This document shows, one piece after another, positions 60,209-64,000 of a stretch of 64,000 nucleotides of DNA. Both the position numbers and the translations under genes were made by a program. Source of the stretch: Pseudomonadota bacterium (GTDB lineage: Bacteria > Campylobacterota > Campylobacteria > Campylobacterales > Sulfurimonadaceae). The stretch spans positions 32,001 to 96,000 of the forward strand of contig JAZDQA010000013.1 in NCBI GenBank assembly GCA_043797085.1. Reading direction: 5' to 3'. The notes under the pieces are model-generated. The model saw nothing but the letters and a program-made list of their open reading frames with translations, ran no database searches and had not been told where the DNA came from. Each line of letters begins with the position of its first letter. Position 1 is the first letter of the stretch.

Positions 60209-60907
60209 TTAAACTCTAAATTCTCGTGTTTTAAAATCTGCTTCGATAAGAGTGCGTGTATAGTCCTCTTGAGGATTTTGCAAAACGTTTTTCATAGTGC
60301 CCTCTTCGATGATTTTACCCTCTTTAAGAACGCAAATATCCTCGCATAAATCCGATGCGACACCCATATCGTGCGTTACAAAAAGAGTTGAAAATCCCAA
60401 CTTCTCTTGCAATGATTTGAGTAAGGCGCTCATCACTTTTTTTGCTTCAGGATCCAATGCCGTCGTTGGTTCATCCAATAAAAGCAGTGATGGCTCGCTC
60501 ATGAGTGCCATTGCTACAACTACCCGCTGCAATTGACCCCCTGAAAGCTCACTGGGATAACGGTTTTGTAATTCAAGATCCAACTCAAGCCACCCAAAAA
60601 TCTCTACCACCCGTTCACGCGGATAAAACATCTGGTCTTTTATTTTTGTGAGCGGTGAAAGTGCCGTAAATGGATTTTGCGGGACTAAAGAGACACTTTT
60701 CCCTCTGACCCACTCGAAGTCAGAACGTTTTTGCATTCGAACATCCAAGGCACTGTCCGACATTCCCAAAAGTGCTTTCAGGATCAACGATTTACCGCTG
60801 CCGCTTTGCCCTACTAATGCGAGTGAAGTACGAATTTCAAAAGAACACTCAACAAGCGTTAATTCTCCATAGCGAATAATCAACTCATCGATATTAATAG
60901 ACTTCAT
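60209..60907 (-). CDS. ABC transporter ATP-binding protein (Opp/Dpp-like)
   Basis: GQSGSGKS, LSGGQLQR, LLDEPT, VTHD. Confidence 0.92.
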   Translation of the reverse strand: MKSINIDELIIRYGELTLVECSFEIRTSLALVGQSGSGKSLILKALLGMSDSALDVRMQKRSDFEWVRGKSVSLVPQNPFTALSPLTKIKDQMFYPRERVVEIFGWLELDLELQNRYPSELSGGQLQRVVVAMALMSEPSLLLLDEPTTALDPEAKKVMSALLKSLQEKLGFSTLFVTHDMGVASDLCEDICVLKEGKIIEEGTMKNVLQNPQEDYTRTLIEADFKTREFRV

Positions 60908-60911
60908 CGCG

Positions 60912-62021
60912 CTATTTTATCCAATTGTGACTAAAACGCTCACACACCTGTTTTAAAGTTTCCTCTGAAATATCTATACGTGCAATCAGACGAATAATTG
61001 AGCGCTTAACCGTCGGCTGACGAATGGCACCCACACTGATTCCAAACTTCTCTTTGAGGGAGGCTTGAATCTCCATCACGATATGATTATCCCCGATTTC
61101 AACAGGAAGAATCAACCCCTGAATCTCAATACCAAGAATCTCTTTGATAATACGCTGGCGCTGTTTTATTTTTTCTTTTAAGTCACGAATATTTTCTTGA
61201 ATGTAATTTAATGCATGATGAGCCAATGCCGTATCGTATAAAGAGGGTGCGGTTGCATAAATAACATTTTTGGCACGATTTATGAGATATTCGCTGATAT
61301 GAGCGGATGAAAGAACGTAGGCTCCAAAACTCCCATACGCTTTCCCCAGTGTCCCCATTTTTATCATCTTGTTCGTGGGAGAAATCTCATAAAAATCGAG
61401 AATCCCCATTAGATGTTCCCCAATCACCCCGCTGCTGTGTGCCTCATCGAGAATCACCAAAACATTATGGCGTTCACACACTTCTAAAACAGCTCGCGAG
61501 AGAAGATCTCCCCCCATCGAGTAAATCCCCTCAACGGCGACGATAATTCGTTTCTCGTGCGCTTTAGCAATCGCGTTTTCCAATGCACTCGCATCATTAT
61601 GGGCAAAAAATTCGACCCGTCCCTCACACATCTTGGCTCCCATTACACCGCTGGCATGATACTCTTCATCCATCAACAGCACATCGCCTTTGCGTACCAA
61701 CGCTTCCATAAGACCGATGTTGGCGTTAAATCCGCTCCCCATCACAATTCCCGCTTCAAAACCGTTCGCTTCATAAAGTGCCATTTCAAAATTTTGATGA
61801 ATAGGGTGATAGCCGTTGACAAGCATTGAGGATTTTGGGGAGTGATAAGCGTAGTGTGAAAGAGTTTTACACGCTTTATCGTGCAATTCTTGATGATGCG
61901 CCAAACCTAAGTAATCATTGGATGCCATATCGATTAAAGCCGCATCCACCACATGACGTTCGCGATAGCGTCCGGAGCGTTTTAGAGCTTTGAGTTCGTT
62001 GGCGTAAAGGTTGTTCATCAT
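60912..62021 (-). CDS. bioF: 8-amino-7-oxononanoate synthase (class II PLP enzyme)
   Basis: SNDYLGL, SGFNAN, HASG, EGIYSMGGD, DEAH, GTLGKAYG. Confidence 0.88.
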   Translation of the reverse strand: MMNNLYANELKALKRSGRYRERHVVDAALIDMASNDYLGLAHHQELHDKACKTLSHYAYHSPKSSMLVNGYHPIHQNFEMALYEANGFEAGIVMGSGFNANIGLMEALVRKGDVLLMDEEYHASGVMGAKMCEGRVEFFAHNDASALENAIAKAHEKRIIVAVEGIYSMGGDLLSRAVLEVCERHNVLVILDEAHSSGVIGEHLMGILDFYEISPTNKMIKMGTLGKAYGSFGAYVLSSAHISEYLINRAKNVIYATAPSLYDTALAHHALNYIQENIRDLKEKIKQRQRIIKEILGIEIQGLILPVEIGDNHIVMEIQASLKEKFGISVGAIRQPTVKRSIIRLIARIDISEETLKQVCERFSHNWIK

Positions 62022-62563
62022 AGAAAAGGCTTAAGCACTTCAATGCAAAGCCCCATAGCGGTACTTTCATATCCTCTAGTCTCACGAATATACGGTTTAC
62101 AAAATCCCTCAACCATACACGCACCCGCTTTGCCACGCCACTCACCGCTTGCGATGTAGCGATCAATATCATCGGGATCAAAAGGATTGAAAAAATAGTG
62201 GGTAGAGGAAATATCGAGCAGTTCCAAACGAGGGGTTTTGTAAATCATACAGGTGAGAATAGCAACTTCACAACCGCTTTGCGTCGCTAAAATAGCACGT
62301 GCATCTGCTTCGTCTTTAGCTTTTCGAAGAATTTTACCCTGAGCGGTCACAACCGTATCCGCTACAAGCAAAGGAAAATCATTGCATCCGAATTTTTCAT
62401 AGTTGACGCGATATTTTCCCAGTGTTGCTTGGTAGACAAAATTTTTAGGGCAAGAAGAGATAATCGAGTCTTCATCAAAATCGATGGACTCTTGGAAAAA
62501 GGGGATACTAGCCGAGCAAAGAAGTTCGGCTCGAGTGATGGAAGAAGAACAAAGACGGAGCAT
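62018..62563 (-). CDS. maf: Maf-like nucleotide pyrophosphatase
   Basis: SSSITRAELL, ADTVV, GKAGA, GL. Confidence 0.9.
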   Translation of the reverse strand: MLRLCSSSITRAELLCSASIPFFQESIDFDEDSIISSCPKNFVYQATLGKYRVNYEKFGCNDFPLLVADTVVTAQGKILRKAKDEADARAILATQSGCEVAILTCMIYKTPRLELLDISSTHYFFNPFDPDDIDRYIASGEWRGKAGACMVEGFCKPYIRETRGYESTAMGLCIEVLKPFL

Positions 62564-62567
62564 TTAA

Positions 62568-63104
62568 TTAATAAGCATTTCGTAAAACTACACCGATAAA
62601 GATGGCAATAACACCCAATATAATATTTACCGGAACCATATATTGAGCAATCGGAGTCAACATTGCTTTTGCACGCCCTAGATCATTGTTGACAAGTGCT
62701 TTTTGTGCTTGATTGCGTCGATAAATCATAACGCCCAAATTAATCGCCATAATCATCCATATCGCCTCTTTGATATGAACGGTTTGATACAAACTCATCG
62801 CATAATCATCGATTACATTTCCCATCGCATCCATGGCCGCAGCACGAAAACCTAGTCCTACTGCCATGATGACCGCTGTAATAATCAAAATAACTGCAAA
62901 CGGCGTTACAATAGTAAAAAGGCGTTTAAGGGTATGCGCCGCACGCTCCATTTTAATTTTTGGATCGGTAATCATCGCACACGATTGATGAACGGCAAAA
63001 CGGATGGCAATCATCCCTCCGACCCAAATAACCGCACTGATAACGTGTAAAAAGATAATCGTTAGACGATAATCGGCAAACAGTTGGACTAAAAATTCTT
63101 TCAC
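62568..63104 (-). CDS. Membrane protein (CopD/DUF4149-like four-helix type)
   Basis: FLHVISAVIWVGG motif, four TM helices. Confidence 0.7.
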   Translation of the reverse strand: MKEFLVQLFADYRLTIIFLHVISAVIWVGGMIAIRFAVHQSCAMITDPKIKMERAAHTLKRLFTIVTPFAVILIITAVIMAVGLGFRAAAMDAMGNVIDDYAMSLYQTVHIKEAIWMIMAINLGVMIYRRNQAQKALVNNDLGRAKAMLTPIAQYMVPVNIILGVIAIFIGVVLRNAY

Positions 63105-64000
63105 GCAAGTTCCTTGGTAATATATGCCAATGCAGCTTCAAGTGCTTCATTTATCTTCGAAGGATCTTTTCCGCCCGCTTGAGCGAAATCCGGACGTCCT
63201 CCGCCACCGCCGCCAACGATCGGTGCGATAGCTTTGACCCAGTCTCCCGCTTTTACGGAGGAATTTTTGACCCCGCTGGCAAGTAGAACTTTATCGTCTT
63301 TGACTTGGAACAACATTACACAAATCGACTCGTGTCCATTCTTAAGCTCATCGATACGCTCTTTGATATCGCCTAATCCAAGTTCCGCCACAACAACCGC
63401 CGTAGTCCCCATCATCGTGACCGTGATCTCCTCTTTCGAAGAAGAAGCCAATGCGGTAATTTCGGTTTTAAGGCTTTTTACTTGCTCTTTAAGGCGCTCT
63501 ATTCCTGCCAATATATCTCGATTTTTTACGGATGCTTCCAGCTCTTCGAGAAGATGGCGATTGGCTTTAAAAACATTGTACGCCGCATTTCCGCAAACTG
63601 CTTCGATACGTCGCACACCCGCACTTACGCCGCTTTCTTTGGTGATGATAAATGTTCCGATGGTTGCCGTGTTATCGACATGGATACCTCCACAAAACTC
63701 TACCGATGCCGTCCCAAAATTGACAACACGAACGGTATCGCCGTATTTTTCACCAAATTGCGCTTTTGCACCGCTTTTTTTGGCTTCATCGATGCTCATC
63801 TCTTTCGTCACACCCTCTAGGGCATGGAAAATATGATAATTAACTTTCTCTTCAATTGCTCTAATCTCTTCATGACTCATTGCTTTTGGATGAGAGAAAT
63901 CAAAACGCAATCGGTTATGCTCAACCAAAGAGCCCGCTTGTGAAATATGTTCCCCTAACAACTCGTACAACGCCGCATGAAGAAGATGCGTTGCGGAGTG
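63101..64000 (-). CDS. alaS: Alanine-tRNA ligase, C-terminal part (truncated by the window edge)
   Basis: HSATHLLH and CGGIH editing motifs, GVRRIEA, GGGGGRPDFAQAGG. Confidence 0.97.
   Translation of the reverse strand, partial: HSATHLLHAALYELLGEHISQAGSLVEHNRLRFDFSHPKAMSHEEIRAIEEKVNYHIFHALEGVTKEMSIDEAKKSGAKAQFGEKYGDTVRVVNFGTASVEFCGGIHVDNTATIGTFIITKESGVSAGVRRIEAVCGNAAYNVFKANRHLLEELEASVKNRDILAGIERLKEQVKSLKTEITALASSSKEEITVTMMGTTAVVVAELGLGDIKERIDELKNGHESICVMLFQVKDDKVLLASGVKNSSVKAGDWVKAIAPIVGGGGGGRPDFAQAGGKDPSKINEALEAALAYITKELA

Noticed and set aside
63234..63836. 200-aa plus-strand ORF
   Set aside because: Antisense shadow of alaS with no recognisable motifs

Overview
Chromosomal window from a Campylobacterota (epsilonproteobacterial) genome, Sulfuricurvum/Sulfurimonas-like by gene content and order (inference). 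Most of it is housekeeping: rsmG, alr, comEC-dnaB-ispG-priA, pckA, glnA, purE, glyQ, a RecD2-like helicase, uvrB, PBP1A, bioF, maf and the 3' end of alaS. The main accessory block (about 17.2-32.3 kb, all on the minus strand) couples a CDP-3,6-dideoxyhexose pathway with a ThDP-dependent branching enzyme, an aldolase-like protein and two methyltransferases to a GtrA/GtrB-type lipid-carrier module and two paralogous polytopic (DUF6044/YkoS-like) transferases. It sits directly upstream of three type IV pilin-like genes and is a candidate pilin glycosylation system using an acyl-branched sugar. The window also holds several dispersed palindromic repeat families, including a GTAG-tagged three-hairpin element with one copy inserted in frame inside priA. 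Other oddities are a 432-bp islet that duplicates the 5' end of uvrB and encodes an uncalled 31-aa basic protein, a MITE-like element between pckA and glnA, and an antiporter gene whose apparent start codon is ATC. No rRNA, tRNA, CRISPR array, transposase or integrase was recognised. All assignments come from reading motifs by eye; no searches were run.
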